This document shows positions 18,559 through 28,893 of a stretch of 64,000 nucleotides of DNA, piece after piece. The translations under genes and the position numbers were made by a program. Origin of the DNA: Deltaproteobacteria bacterium (GTDB lineage: Bacteria; Myxococcota_A; UBA9160; SMWR01); NCBI GenBank assembly GCA_032128375.1, contig JAQBGU010000135.1, forward strand, positions 32,128 through 96,127, written 5' to 3'. The stretch's first letter is position 1, and every line of letters begins with the position of its first letter. Under the pieces are notes generated by a model, which ran no database searches, was not told where the DNA came from, and worked only from the letters and a program-made list of their open reading frames with translations.

Positions 18559-20670
18559 CTAGACGAGGGTCGCACCGGTAGCCAGCGAAGACGGCGTTCC
18601 GACCGAGGTCAGCCATAACTGGTGAATGGCTCGGGTGGCGCCCACGTGCAGCAACCGCCGGGACGCTGACGTGCCGGGATAGTTCTGGTCAGTGACGTCG
18701 ACGAGCACAACGTAGTCGAATTCGAGACCCTTGACCTGCTCAATCTCGGTCACTTCGATCCCCGGGGAGAAGGTGAAATCCTGGTTCTCCACCAGCCGAA
18801 CCTGGGGCAGATCGCTGTTGACGAGCCCCTGGTAGTACAGCGCACTCGCTGCTGGCGAGGGCGTCAGAAGGGCGACCGACGCGCTGGGTTCGCTTCTGCT
18901 CAAGTCGCGCAGCGCTTCCGCCAGGAACCCAACGCACGCCCCCCGGTCGCTAAACCGAAACAACTCGACCGGCGGCCCGACCCGCGTCGTCACGGCCGGC
19001 TCTTCGTCCTCTCGCAGGTCTCCAAGGAGTGAAAGCGCGAACTCGAGAATCTGCTGCGTGGATCGGTAGCTGATTCTGAGCGTTTCGATGGCCGACCCGG
19101 GAATTCCCAGGCGTGACAAGAACTCGCTCCACGAGGTGAAACCGCTGTTCTCGATGACGTGCTGCTGGGTGTCTCCGGCGAGCGTGATCGAGCGGTCGCG
19201 ATCCAGGCAATCCAACAAAACCTGAACTTCGATCGGCGAAAAGTCCTGAACTTCGTCGATTGCGATGTGCCGGTATCGGATGGGCCGCTTGCCGCGCAGC
19301 ATCAGCGGGCCGGTCCGCAGCTGCCATGCCCGCAGCAGCAGCGCGTCGTCTTCGGGGTCGAGTTCGGCCTGGTTGTGCGTGTCGCCATCGAGGCGCGCAA
19401 AGAGTTCTTCATTGCGCCGACGGTTCCAATCTGCGAAACGCCGCAGATCCTCGCTGCTGAACGCGGGGTGTGTTTCTGCAGCGTTGGCTTCCTCGAGCAG
19501 CGCCAGGTTGGTGATCGCGCTCGCCCAATCGTCGATCGCCTGAGTGGAGTTCCTCGCACCCGACACCCGCTCGACTTGTTTGCGCAACGCCGTATCGAGT
19601 AGCGGATGCAGCTTGATACGTTGCACGATGACCGGCGCGTCGCCGCGGGCACCGCGGGGCAGCTGCGGAAAGTGGCGGCGGCGCTGGTCGATCGCCCATT
19701 CCGAGAATGTTGAAATCTGAACATGGCCGAGTCCGAGAGACGGCAACACGTGGCTCACGAAGTTGCGCAATGCCGGGGAGAAAACCGCCACTAGCGTCTC
19801 GTCGGAATCGATGCACGAGTCCGCGTAAGCAAGGTACGCAATCCGGTGCAACGCGACGGTGGTCTTGCCGGACCCGGCAGTTCCCCGAATTGCCAGAAAG
19901 CCGGCAGACGGTCGGGTAATCAGGCCGAACTGGTCCGGATCGATCAGACCTGTGATCTCGGGCAGCCGCTTGTCGAGCCGCGACTGAGCGCCCGCTCGAT
20001 CGGTCCCGAGCCGCGCCGCGACGCCTGCGTCCAGATCGTGTGCGCGAACAGCGCTGGCTTCGCCGCCAGCCAAGCGTGGTCGGTCGCGCTCGATCCTCCG
20101 CCAGCGATCGGGCTGGCTTTCGTCCAACGCGAAGATGCCCTCGGGTGCCTCGACGCGGTGCAGGATTCCGTCGACGATATTCACCGTTCGGCGCGCGACC
20201 ACGACACCGCTGCGGACTCGGTCGGCCAGGGTCTCTTCGAAGTCCTCGCCCTGTTGATAGCGGTAATAGATCCGCGAGATCGGCGCGTTGCGCCAATCGA
20301 CGACGCGTACACCACCATCGATGCAGGTGGCGCGACCGACGCACAGATCGCGTACCTGGTCTCCCTCGCGCAATCGCAGGTGTGCGAAGTACGGCGATCG
20401 GGGGTCGATCTGGGGGGCACCTCGAGCGGATCTCAGTTGGACGAGCAGCGAACTCTGGCGGTGCCACTGCTGGGTGAGCGCGAGTGTGTCCTTGGCTTCG
20501 GAGCCGTCGATCAGTCGTTCACGAATGTTCTCGAGCTCTTCGATGATCGGCGCTTCGTCGGCGGTCACCGGCTCATCCATTTCGGCAATTCTGTGGCTGA
20601 CTTTCTCGAGTAGCTCCAGTTCCTCTGCAACGATCGGATCCGGCACAGGCTCTCCAACATGACCTGCCAA
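18559..20670 (-). CDS. SF1 helicase-like ATPase, HelD/UvrD-like
   Basis: SPYFAHL, VDWRNAPIS, GTAGSGKTT.ALHR.AYL, IDEVQD, LAGD..Q, SYRST, KGLEFD, TRA. Start uncertain; the ORF is open to 20901. Confidence 0.85.
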   Translation of the reverse strand: MAGHVGEPVPDPIVAEELELLEKVSHRIAEMDEPVTADEAPIIEELENIRERLIDGSEAKDTLALTQQWHRQSSLLVQLRSARGAPQIDPRSPYFAHLRLREGDQVRDLCVGRATCIDGGVRVVDWRNAPISRIYYRYQQGEDFEETLADRVRSGVVVARRTVNIVDGILHRVEAPEGIFALDESQPDRWRRIERDRPRLAGGEASAVRAHDLDAGVAARLGTDRAGAQSRLDKRLPEITGLIDPDQFGLITRPSAGFLAIRGTAGSGKTTVALHRIAYLAYADSCIDSDETLVAVFSPALRNFVSHVLPSLGLGHVQISTFSEWAIDQRRRHFPQLPRGARGDAPVIVQRIKLHPLLDTALRKQVERVSGARNSTQAIDDWASAITNLALLEEANAAETHPAFSSEDLRRFADWNRRRNEELFARLDGDTHNQAELDPEDDALLLRAWQLRTGPLMLRGKRPIRYRHIAIDEVQDFSPIEVQVLLDCLDRDRSITLAGDTQQHVIENSGFTSWSEFLSRLGIPGSAIETLRISYRSTQQILEFALSLLGDLREDEEPAVTTRVGPPVELFRFSDRGACVGFLAEALRDLSRSEPSASVALLTPSPAASALYYQGLVNSDLPQVRLVENQDFTFSPGIEVTEIEQVKGLEFDYVVLVDVTDQNYPGTSASRRLLHVGATRAIHQLWLTSVGTPSSLATGATLV

Positions 20671-20739
20671 AATGGCGGCTGGCTCGCTTGCTGACCACGG
20701 GGCCCCACCTGAATCCGCTGATGCGAATCCCCATGCGTC

Positions 20740-20793
20740 TCTCAGTTCTCTCAGTTCTCTCAGTTCATCCAGTTCATCCAGTTCATCCAATTC
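20740..20793. repeat. Tandem repeat, 9 nt x6 (TCTCAGTTC x3, ATCCAGTTC x2, ATCCAATTC)
   Basis: Read directly; lies between the divergent helicase-like and MutS-like genes. Confidence 0.92.
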
Positions 20794-20860
20794 TTCTCTG
20801 AGTACATCTCCCGATGCGGAAAGATGCGGAAAAGGGGCACGGATCTTACCATCAGTTGCA

Positions 20861-22666
20861 ATGGGGATGTCAGAGGCGATCGAAAACTCAGCGCAGCGCA
20901 TTTACGAAAGAAGACTGAGGGCGCGCGAACTCGACGCGGAAAGGCGTGGTCGGCGCGCCTCGATCACGTCGAATCTGCGCCTTGTCGTGTTTTTCTCGGG
21001 GGTGCTGATCGCCTGGCTGGTGTTTGGCACGCGCTCAATGGCAGCTGGCTGGCTCGGGCCGCCCGCGGCCACGTTTGCTGTGCTGCTGGTGGTACACGAC
21101 CGGCTGCTGACGCGAAAAGATCGAGCGCTGCGTTCAGTGGCGTTCTACCAGCGCGGCCTGGATCGGCTCAACGCCAGTTGGTCGGGTGGCGGGGAGCCTG
21201 GCGAGCGGTTCCGGGATGCGCACCATCCCTATGCCGATGATCTGGATCTGTTCGGTGAAGGATCGCTATTCGAGCTGTTGTGCACCGCTCGGACCCGCGC
21301 GGGTGAGGAGCGTCTGGCCCAGTGGCTACTGGAGCCTGCGGCTCCCGATGCGATTCGGGCGCGGCAGGAAGCCGTTGCGGAACTACGCGGCCGCCTCGAC
21401 CTGCGCGAGGATCTGGCGCGGTTGGGCGATGAGGTGCGGGCCGGCTTGCACCCCGAGGCGTTGAGCAACTGGGGCAACGCTCGGGCAACGCTGGACTCGC
21501 GAGCGTTGGCCGTTGCCGCAGCCGCCATGGCGGGACTGACCGTTGCCGGACTCCTGGTGTGGATCTTGACGCCGCTCGGTGCGTTTCCCTTTGGCGTCGC
21601 GCTGCTGGTAGGGACGGGATTCACCATGACGGCAAACCGCCGGGTGTCCGCTGTGATCCGCGCGATGCAGGCGCCGGCCCGCGATCTTTCGCTGTTTTCG
21701 CACCTGCTCGAGCGCTTGGAGAGCGAGTCCTATGCTTGTGCGATGTTGGTCTCGCTGCGCGCAGAACTCGATGAGGACGGCGCTCCGCCATCCAAGCAGA
21801 TCGCTCGACTTCGCTTGTTGATCGATCTGATCGATGCCAGCCGAAATCAGCTGTTTATTCCGATTGCATGGATGTTGTTGTGGAATCTGCAACTCGCCTG
21901 CGCGATCGACCGATGGCGCGTGAAGTGTGGTCCGGCGCTATCGCGCTGGATCGACGCGGTGGGAGAATTCGAGGCGCTCTCGGCATTTTCGACCTTTGGC
22001 TACGAACACCCGGATTTCCCGTTTCCGGAAATCGTCGAAGACGCAGTGCATTTCGAAGGCACAGCACTGGGACATCCTCTGCTGCCAGCCGATCGTTGCG
22101 TCCGCAACGATCTGAGTCTGATTGCGCCATTGCAGGTCCTGATCGTCAGCGGCTCGAACATGTCCGGAAAGAGTACGCTGATGCGAACGGTCGGGACCAA
22201 TACAGCGCTCGCGCTGGCGGGTGCTCCGGTGTGCGCCCAGAGCCTACGCCTGGCACCTGTGTCGATTGGTGCGTCGATTCGGATTCAAGATTCGCTACAG
22301 GAGGGGAGTTCGCGCTTCTACGCCGAGATCTTGCGCTTGCGCCAGATCACAGAACTCGCGCGCGAGCACGGGCCGGCGCTCTTCTTGCTGGATGAGATTT
22401 TGCACGGGACGAACTCACACGATCGCGGCATCGGTGCTGAGGCCGTTGTGCGCAGCCTGGTCAAATCGGGCTCGATTGGCATCGTCACCACCCATGACCT
22501 CGCGCTGACCCAGCTAGCCGATGCGTTGGAGGGGCGCGCTCGGAACGTCCATTTTCAAGATCACTTGGAAGAAGGCGTTATCAAATTCGATTACCGGATG
22601 CACCCGGGAGTGGTGACCAAGAGCAACGCGCTGGAATTGATGCGAGCGGTTGGGCTCGAAGTCTGA
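20861..22666 (+). CDS. MutS-related protein (membrane-anchored, domain V ATPase only)
   Basis: N-terminal TM helices, HPYADDLDLFG.GSLF, GSNMSGKST, SRFYAE, LLDEILHGTNS, TTHDL, FDY; no mismatch-binding domain I. Confidence 0.9.
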   Translation: MGMSEAIENSAQRIYERRLRARELDAERRGRRASITSNLRLVVFFSGVLIAWLVFGTRSMAAGWLGPPAATFAVLLVVHDRLLTRKDRALRSVAFYQRGLDRLNASWSGGGEPGERFRDAHHPYADDLDLFGEGSLFELLCTARTRAGEERLAQWLLEPAAPDAIRARQEAVAELRGRLDLREDLARLGDEVRAGLHPEALSNWGNARATLDSRALAVAAAAMAGLTVAGLLVWILTPLGAFPFGVALLVGTGFTMTANRRVSAVIRAMQAPARDLSLFSHLLERLESESYACAMLVSLRAELDEDGAPPSKQIARLRLLIDLIDASRNQLFIPIAWMLLWNLQLACAIDRWRVKCGPALSRWIDAVGEFEALSAFSTFGYEHPDFPFPEIVEDAVHFEGTALGHPLLPADRCVRNDLSLIAPLQVLIVSGSNMSGKSTLMRTVGTNTALALAGAPVCAQSLRLAPVSIGASIRIQDSLQEGSSRFYAEILRLRQITELAREHGPALFLLDEILHGTNSHDRGIGAEAVVRSLVKSGSIGIVTTHDLALTQLADALEGRARNVHFQDHLEEGVIKFDYRMHPGVVTKSNALELMRAVGLEV

Positions 22667-22681
22667 GGAGCGGGCTCGTCG

Positions 22682-23071
22682 TCAGATTTCGAGTTCCAGG
22701 ACCGCGCGCCCGCCGATGCGGCCGGTCAGCGTGGAGAAAAAGTCCAGCAGACGCATCTGCCAGCCGTATTTTGCCCGGAGCGCCGCGTAGGCACGCTGCT
22801 CGGTGGCGCCGTCTTCGATGCGGCGCCCCTTGCCTTCGAACCACTCGCCGCTGACCTGTCCGCCGACGCTGCAGGCCGCGACGCGAACCCGCTCATCATT
22901 GCGCAATCGCTTGACCTTCCAAGCATCGGCTTCGGTGAAGACGTAGAGCCTGCCCCCGTCGGCGGCAAACCAGACCGGTGTTCGAACCGCGTCGCCACTG
23001 CGACGAAACGTAGCCAGGCTGATGTAGGGCTTGCGATCCAACACGGACAATTCGGTCGGGTTCAGAGCCAT
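22682..23071 (-). CDS. PPOX-class F420-dependent oxidoreductase (split beta-barrel)
   Basis: YISLATFRRSG..V.TPVWF, KVKRLRND.RV.VA.C, KYGW. Confidence 0.88.
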   Translation of the reverse strand: MALNPTELSVLDRKPYISLATFRRSGDAVRTPVWFAADGGRLYVFTEADAWKVKRLRNDERVRVAACSVGGQVSGEWFEGKGRRIEDGATEQRAYAALRAKYGWQMRLLDFFSTLTGRIGGRAVLELEI

Positions 23072-23175
23072 TTTTCGATCTCCTGCGCGCGGACGTCACC
23101 GGGTCTGTGCTCGGCGACGCTACAGTGAACGGGTACCTCAGCGAAGGTAACCCTGAACCGCACAGGGAGTCACCC

Positions 23176-24384
23176 GTGCCCAACCACCCGACCCGACACG
23201 AGATCCAACTACTCGACGGACGCTTTTACGCCGCCGATCCGCATCCATTCTTTGAGTGGATGCGCGACAACGCCCCGGTCTACTGGGACGATTCCTGGAA
23301 GATCTGGGGCGTCACACGACACGCCGACATCATGGCCTGTTCGAAACAGCCAAGGCTGTTTTGTAGTGGGCAGGGTTCGCGTCCGGATTCACCGCCGATA
23401 CCGTCGATGATCAATCTCGACGATCCGCTTCACAAACGGCGTCGCAATCTGGTCAACCGCGGCTTCACACCCCGCCAGGTCGACATCCAGGAAGACAAGA
23501 TCCGAGGGATCTGCCGCGAACTGATCGACCGTGCCCTCGAACTGGATACGTTCGATTTCGTCAAGGAAGTCGCCGCACCGCTGCCGATGATCGTGATCGG
23601 CGACATGCTGGGTGTCGCGCCGCAGGATCGCGACAAGCTGCTGCGTTGGTCCGATGACTTGATCCTGGGAACCTCCGCGACCGCGACACCGGAGGCCGCA
23701 GCCAACGCGGCCAAATCGGCCGGTGAATACATCGGGTATGCGCGCGAGGTGATTTCGGATCGCAGGGCGAGACCCCCTCAGGACGATTTGATGAGCGCAC
23801 TGGTCCACGCGGAAATCGACGGTCAAAGCCTCGATGACGACGCGCTGATTCAGGAATCGCTGCTCATTCTGGTCGGCGGCGACGAGACGACGCGCCACGT
23901 GATCAGCGGCGGGATGGAGCAACTGATCCGCAACCCAGACCAACAGCAAAAACTCGTCGACGATCCCGCAAAGATCCCTGTTGCGGTCGAGGAAATGCTT
24001 CGCTGGGTGACGCCGATCCAGAATATGTCCCGAACCGCCACGCGTGATGTGGAGCTGGGCGGCGAGACGATTCGAAAGGGTGACCGGCTGCTGCTGCTGT
24101 ATCCCTCAGGGAACCGCGATGCCGCCGTGTTCGACCACCCATATCGGTTTGACGTCGAGCGCAGCCCGAACGACCACGTGGCATTTGGCGGTTACGGCGC
24201 TCACTTCTGTCTCGGTGCGCCACTCGCTCGCCTCGAGTTGAGAGTGATGTTCGAGGAGCTGGTCGGGCGGGTCTCAGGCCTCCAACTCGTCAAGAATGAA
24301 CCGCTGCCGATCCGCAAGTCGAATTTCATTGCCGGAATCGAGCGGATGGAAGTCCGCGTCGAGACAACCGCCGCTCGTGAATGA
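23176..24384 (+). CDS. Cytochrome P450 (CYP142/125-like)
   Basis: GGDETT I-helix, EEMLRW, AFGGYGAHFCLG heme motif; AGGGAG RBS before GTG. Confidence 0.93.
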   Translation: MPNHPTRHEIQLLDGRFYAADPHPFFEWMRDNAPVYWDDSWKIWGVTRHADIMACSKQPRLFCSGQGSRPDSPPIPSMINLDDPLHKRRRNLVNRGFTPRQVDIQEDKIRGICRELIDRALELDTFDFVKEVAAPLPMIVIGDMLGVAPQDRDKLLRWSDDLILGTSATATPEAAANAAKSAGEYIGYAREVISDRRARPPQDDLMSALVHAEIDGQSLDDDALIQESLLILVGGDETTRHVISGGMEQLIRNPDQQQKLVDDPAKIPVAVEEMLRWVTPIQNMSRTATRDVELGGETIRKGDRLLLLYPSGNRDAAVFDHPYRFDVERSPNDHVAFGGYGAHFCLGAPLARLELRVMFEELVGRVSGLQLVKNEPLPIRKSNFIAGIERMEVRVETTAARE

Positions 24385-24614
24385 GCCTCAGCACACGACT
24401 CGTGCGCACGTTGAATCGATCGGGCTGATGTTGCGTCCAATGCGCCGTCCATGGGCCAGCCCCACATCCCGAATCGGCGGAGCCTCCTGATGAATCGGTA
24501 TGAATCGGTCTCAGTAGCCGCATTGATTGAGCCGATGGGAAAGAGAACCATTGCATCCGCGGAGATTAGACGACCGCGGAACAGCAGAAGCCACAGCGAC
24601 GAACAGGAGTATCC

Positions 24615-25103
24615 ATGACCCAATCAAGCATCCCGGCTGCGGGAGCCGACTTTCGAAAAGTTCTCACAATCGCCATCCTGGCTGTCTCGATGTCCGCATG
24701 TGCCCAAGCGGGTCCCAAGACAACTCTGGGCGCGGCCACGGGTGCAGCTGCCGGCGGCCTGATCGGCGCGGCGGCCGGCGGCGGGGCTGAGGGGATCGTG
24801 GCTGGGGTACTGCTGGGCGGGTTGCTCGGTGGTGCGATTGGAAACTCTCTCGACAACCGCGATCGCGAGTACGTGCGACGCAGCAACTATCAATCGTGGG
24901 AATACGGTCGCAATGGTGAGGCTTCGACCTGGCGCAATCCAGATTCGGGCCACTACGGAAGCGTGACTCCGACGCGCACCTACCAAGAGCGCGGCGGCAA
25001 CTACTGCCGAGAGTTCAACCAGACCGTGATCGTCAATGGTCAGCAGCAGGATGCCTACGGTACGGCGTGTCGTCAGCCGGACGGCTCCTGGATGATCCGA
25101 TAG
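24615..25103 (+). CDS. Glycine-zipper lipoprotein, 17-kDa surface antigen (RT0821/Lpp0805-like)
   Basis: Lipobox MSAC, GxxxG zipper, W.NPDSG..G, YCREF, YGTACRQPDGSW. Confidence 0.9.
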   Translation: MTQSSIPAAGADFRKVLTIAILAVSMSACAQAGPKTTLGAATGAAAGGLIGAAAGGGAEGIVAGVLLGGLLGGAIGNSLDNRDREYVRRSNYQSWEYGRNGEASTWRNPDSGHYGSVTPTRTYQERGGNYCREFNQTVIVNGQQQDAYGTACRQPDGSWMIR

Positions 25104-25144
25104 AAGTGTGCGCGGCAACGGGCTGATATGGAGCCTGACCCAAG

Positions 25145-26983
25145 ATGGGTCAGGTGAGGTCATGGATCCTATTGTGGGCAAGCGGCGAACGCGAAACGAG
25201 CGGCGGGTTCAGAAGGCAGCGAAAGGCGTCGCGTCCTCGAGTGAGTCGCGCCTCGGGTTGCGCTGCTGGGTCGTTCACGCTGGCCGTGTGTATGTTTGGC
25301 TGCTCGCTGTCCGGATGCAGCGAAACGGACCGAAGTCGCTGGAGCGCCCGACTCGGCAACGACGACGACAAAGTAGCCTTCGCACAGCAGCTCGCCGATG
25401 GCCCCGACCCGGACCCGGTCGAAGCCCTGAGCTGGTTCGTGGAGGCCGCAGACAACGGTCATCGCGGCGCGATCCTGGCATTGGCGCGTCGATCGCTCGA
25501 CGGTGACGGACTCGTCAAGGACGAGGCAGCGGCAGCGCGTTGGTACCTTGAAGCGGCCGAGGCGGGTGTCATCGAAGCTCAGTTGGCGCTCGTTGCGATC
25601 TACAGCGACGGGCGCGGAGTCGATAGCGACCGGAAAGAAGCGGGCCGTTGGCTACTGCGCGCTGCCGAAGCCGGCGAAGTCGAGGCCCAGCTCGAGCTGG
25701 CCACTCGCTACCTGGCGGGCGACGGACTGCCCAAGGATGGCACCCGCGCATTCCGATGGTTCGGCGAAGTCGCGAAACAGGGCATCGTCGAAGGCGAGTT
25801 CCAGATGGGTCTTCAATACGAGCGGGGCTTCGGTGTGTTTCAGGATTTCCAGCAGGCCGCCGCGCTGTATCGCTCTGCTGCCGAGCAGGGCCACCTTCAA
25901 GCGCACAATCACCTTGCGGTGCTCACCGTCGCCGGGCGCGGCGTTCCAAAGGACGAAGCGCTGGCGTTGGAGTGGATCGCTAAAGCGGCCGAATTGGGTG
26001 ATGTCCAGGCACAGCGGAATCTGGCCGTCGTCTACGCGAAGGGAATAGGCGTCGACCCCAACCCTGTGGAATCGATGCGATGGCGTCGCATGGCCGCCGA
26101 GGCCGGTAGCGCGGACGAGCAGTCGGCGCTCGCCGAGATGTTCACCTACGGCACATCGGTGCCGGTGGACGCCAGTCAGGCGACTTACTGGTACACCCGC
26201 TCGGCAGAGCAGGGAAACCTGAAGGCTCAACTGGAGGTGGTCAGGCGCTACGCGAAAGGCATCGGAACGGACCCCGATCTCGCGGCCGTCGCGAAATGGA
26301 CGCGGCTAGCGGCAGAGCAAGGGCACCTCGAATCGATATTCCAGGTAGGCGTGCATCATTTAGCAGGCGAGGGAGTGCAGCGCGACACGAGCGAAGCAGC
26401 GAAATGGCTGTTGAAGGCTTCGCGGCGGGAGCACACAGGGGCCCAGGCGAGACTCGGTGCATGCTACGCAGCCGGCGAAGGTGTCCCGCGGGATGAGAAA
26501 GAGGCCGAGCATTGGCTCGGGCTCGCTGCGGAAAAGGGTCACGCACAGGCACAGCTCGACCTCGGCGAATTGCTCGTCGAGGCTACCGGAACCCGCGCTG
26601 ACCCGGTTCGGGGATCCGATTGGATCTTGCGGGCGGCGGAGCAGGGGCTCGCCGAGGGCCAGCGGAAGATCGCCCTGCTGTATGTGCAGGGTATTGGAGT
26701 CCGGAAGCAACGCGGATTGGCTGCCTCTTGGTTTGGCAAGGCTGCCGAGCAGGGCGATGCGGAGGCGCAACTGGCGTTGGGGCACGCATTTGCGACCGGG
26801 GCAGGCGTAGTGAGGAATCCAGTGGTCGCCCACAAGTGGCTATCACTCAGTGCTGCGGCTGGTGACCCCCACGCCCCCAAATTGCGCGCAGAGATCGAAT
26901 CGCAACTCGAACCTCGAGAAATTGACGAAGCGCGGAGCTTGGCGCAGCAATGGCGGGATGAGCATTCCCTCCCGCCCAACTGA
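25145..26983 (+). CDS. SEL1-like repeat protein
   Basis: Many repeats of A..WY..AAEQG...AQ..LG..Y..G.GV; possible lipobox SLSGC. Start uncertain. Confidence 0.9.
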   Translation: MGQVRSWILLWASGERETSGGFRRQRKASRPRVSRASGCAAGSFTLAVCMFGCSLSGCSETDRSRWSARLGNDDDKVAFAQQLADGPDPDPVEALSWFVEAADNGHRGAILALARRSLDGDGLVKDEAAAARWYLEAAEAGVIEAQLALVAIYSDGRGVDSDRKEAGRWLLRAAEAGEVEAQLELATRYLAGDGLPKDGTRAFRWFGEVAKQGIVEGEFQMGLQYERGFGVFQDFQQAAALYRSAAEQGHLQAHNHLAVLTVAGRGVPKDEALALEWIAKAAELGDVQAQRNLAVVYAKGIGVDPNPVESMRWRRMAAEAGSADEQSALAEMFTYGTSVPVDASQATYWYTRSAEQGNLKAQLEVVRRYAKGIGTDPDLAAVAKWTRLAAEQGHLESIFQVGVHHLAGEGVQRDTSEAAKWLLKASRREHTGAQARLGACYAAGEGVPRDEKEAEHWLGLAAEKGHAQAQLDLGELLVEATGTRADPVRGSDWILRAAEQGLAEGQRKIALLYVQGIGVRKQRGLAASWFGKAAEQGDAEAQLALGHAFATGAGVVRNPVVAHKWLSLSAAAGDPHAPKLRAEIESQLEPREIDEARSLAQQWRDEHSLPPN

Positions 26984-27141
26984 TGGGCGACAATTCGCGC
27001 CCATCCGGCCCACCCCGGCCAGCACGGTTCGCCCCAATTGCGGCCGTCGTCGGGCCGAATGCTTTGATAGACTCTCGTATCGCCCGTATCGCCGAAAACC
27101 GCTGCCTAAGCATCGATACCTATCCGAACGAGGAGAACACG

Positions 27142-28107
27142 ATGAAGCGCTTCATCCAGCACGAAGAACTCGCGCGCGACAGCCGATTCATTCGTCAAAC
27201 TAACGCCGTTGCGAGCGTACTTTCATCGATGCCCGATGACGTCGACCGCGTCGTCGAGGTCTTCGAACAACTCGATCCGATGATCGCGCAATCGGTAATC
27301 GGGACTGCGGCCGAGGCGCTCTATGATGAGTACGGACCGGCCTTCGGGTTGATCACGCTCAACGAACCGCTCGATCCGAACCACACCGCAACACTGGGCG
27401 CGCGCATGCGGCTGGTCCTGCGCATGCACGGGATCTTTGCCGGCGAGCTTCAGGCCCTCGAAGGCGCTGGCCGATCGCTGTGGGACTTCCCGGACGCTCC
27501 GTGGGAGTTCAAGATGAACATGGCGCGCCAGTGTTGGGACGAGGCGCGTCACGTGCAGATCTTCGAGAAGCTGTTGAACCACGTCGGTGGCGAGATCGGG
27601 ATGTTCCCAGAGGCCACGTTCCTGTTCGAATGCGCATGTGCGGACGACCCCGCCCAGCGCGTCGCGGGCGTCAATCGCGCACTCGAAGGGCTCGCCTGTG
27701 ACGTCTTTCGCGACATGATCAAATACGCGACGCAGACGGATGACGAGTTGATGCGCCAATCGATCGACTACGTGCTTGCGGACGAGTTGACCCACGTACG
27801 GTTCGGCAGCGAATGGGTCAAGGAATTCACGAAGGATGACCCGGAACGCTTCAAAGCTGCACGGAATTTTCAGCGCGAGGTCGACAAGCAATTCAGCTTT
27901 GGAGGCGCCCGGTCGGCACGCGAGGACGCGGCCATTCCGATTGCCTGGGACGACCGGCTCGAAGCCGGATTCAGCGAGGAAGAACTGCAAGAGCTGGCCC
28001 AGGTTTCGGGCGGCGGTCCGTCTCGAGAAACTTTGCGCAAGGCGGCCCAAATCCTCGGCGAGCGACACCGCGCCAAGCACAATCGCACCGCGGAGGTCGC
28101 GCAATGA
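27142..28107 (+). CDS. Ferritin-like diiron protein (DUF455-like)
   Basis: GELQALE, WDEARH, LEGLACD, ADELTH ligand pattern; AGGAG RBS. Confidence 0.8.
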   Translation: MKRFIQHEELARDSRFIRQTNAVASVLSSMPDDVDRVVEVFEQLDPMIAQSVIGTAAEALYDEYGPAFGLITLNEPLDPNHTATLGARMRLVLRMHGIFAGELQALEGAGRSLWDFPDAPWEFKMNMARQCWDEARHVQIFEKLLNHVGGEIGMFPEATFLFECACADDPAQRVAGVNRALEGLACDVFRDMIKYATQTDDELMRQSIDYVLADELTHVRFGSEWVKEFTKDDPERFKAARNFQREVDKQFSFGGARSAREDAAIPIAWDDRLEAGFSEEELQELAQVSGGGPSRETLRKAAQILGERHRAKHNRTAEVAQ

Positions 28108-28805
28108 GCGAAGAAAAAGGCGAAGTTCCGAAGGAAGGCCGGATGTATCCGGGCATGCGCCAGGACGAGAGGACCGTCTTCGAACCCTATTCAGCGTTCG
28201 ATATCCCGGCCGATCTCCGTGAGCTGCATGGTCGCTACGACGTCGTCGCCACCGCGCTTCGAGTGCGCAACTTCCGTTACGCAGAAGAGTGGATGATGAT
28301 GATGATGGGAGGTTGGCTCGCCACGATTCCCGAGCTTCCGGCCAAGACGGGGCTCGCGAAGGTGATCTGGGAGACCGCGCAAGCTGCGGACGCGCTCGGC
28401 AAGCGGCTCCCGGAGCTGCGCTGTGGGCGCAAGGCGGCGACCGCCTCCGAATCCGCCAACCAGGCGTTCGCCGACTTCATAGAAGCAGTTTCCGAGCCCG
28501 AGAGTCCCGACCTCACAGTCGAGAAGCTGACCGGAATCGTCGACGTGCTCAAGCCTCACCTGATTCAAGTCTATGAAAAGACCGCTCGCGAAACCGACCA
28601 GATCTGCGACGCGCCGACGATCGAACTGCTGGAAGACATCGTGCGCAAGACCCGGCGGCATGTGAGCTGGGGCAAGGAGGTGCTGGACCGATTGTGCGAT
28701 ACAGACGCGAAGCGACAGCGTCGTCAGCATCGCTCCAGCCAATTGCAAGCGCAGCTCGAGGTCTGTGGCGGAGTGACAGGCGAGTTGACAGTGGCAAGCG
28801 CCTGA
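28104..28805 (+). CDS. Hypothetical helical protein, probable degenerate ferritin-like partner of the upstream gene
   Basis: ATGA overlap; helices WETAQAADALGKRLPEL and DAPTIELLEDI...RHVSWG resemble a ferritin-like bundle without ExxH motifs. Confidence 0.65.
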   Translation: MSEEKGEVPKEGRMYPGMRQDERTVFEPYSAFDIPADLRELHGRYDVVATALRVRNFRYAEEWMMMMMGGWLATIPELPAKTGLAKVIWETAQAADALGKRLPELRCGRKAATASESANQAFADFIEAVSEPESPDLTVEKLTGIVDVLKPHLIQVYEKTARETDQICDAPTIELLEDIVRKTRRHVSWGKEVLDRLCDTDAKRQRRQHRSSQLQAQLEVCGGVTGELTVASA

Positions 28806-28893
28806 ACGATCGGCTCACTGCCACACCCGGCCTGACGCAGGGATCGGGCTCGAGAACTGATTTCGGACTGAGGTTGATACTGAGGATGAATAG

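Noticed and set aside
24487..24545. Hammerhead ribozyme (CTGATGA...GAAA)
   Set aside because: Extra nucleotides lie between the putative stem II and GAAA, and I could not form stems I and III.
28292..28306. ATG x5 (poly-Met) as a phase-variable tract
   Set aside because: In-frame trinucleotide run within a predicted helix; length change would not shift the frame and there is no evidence of variability.
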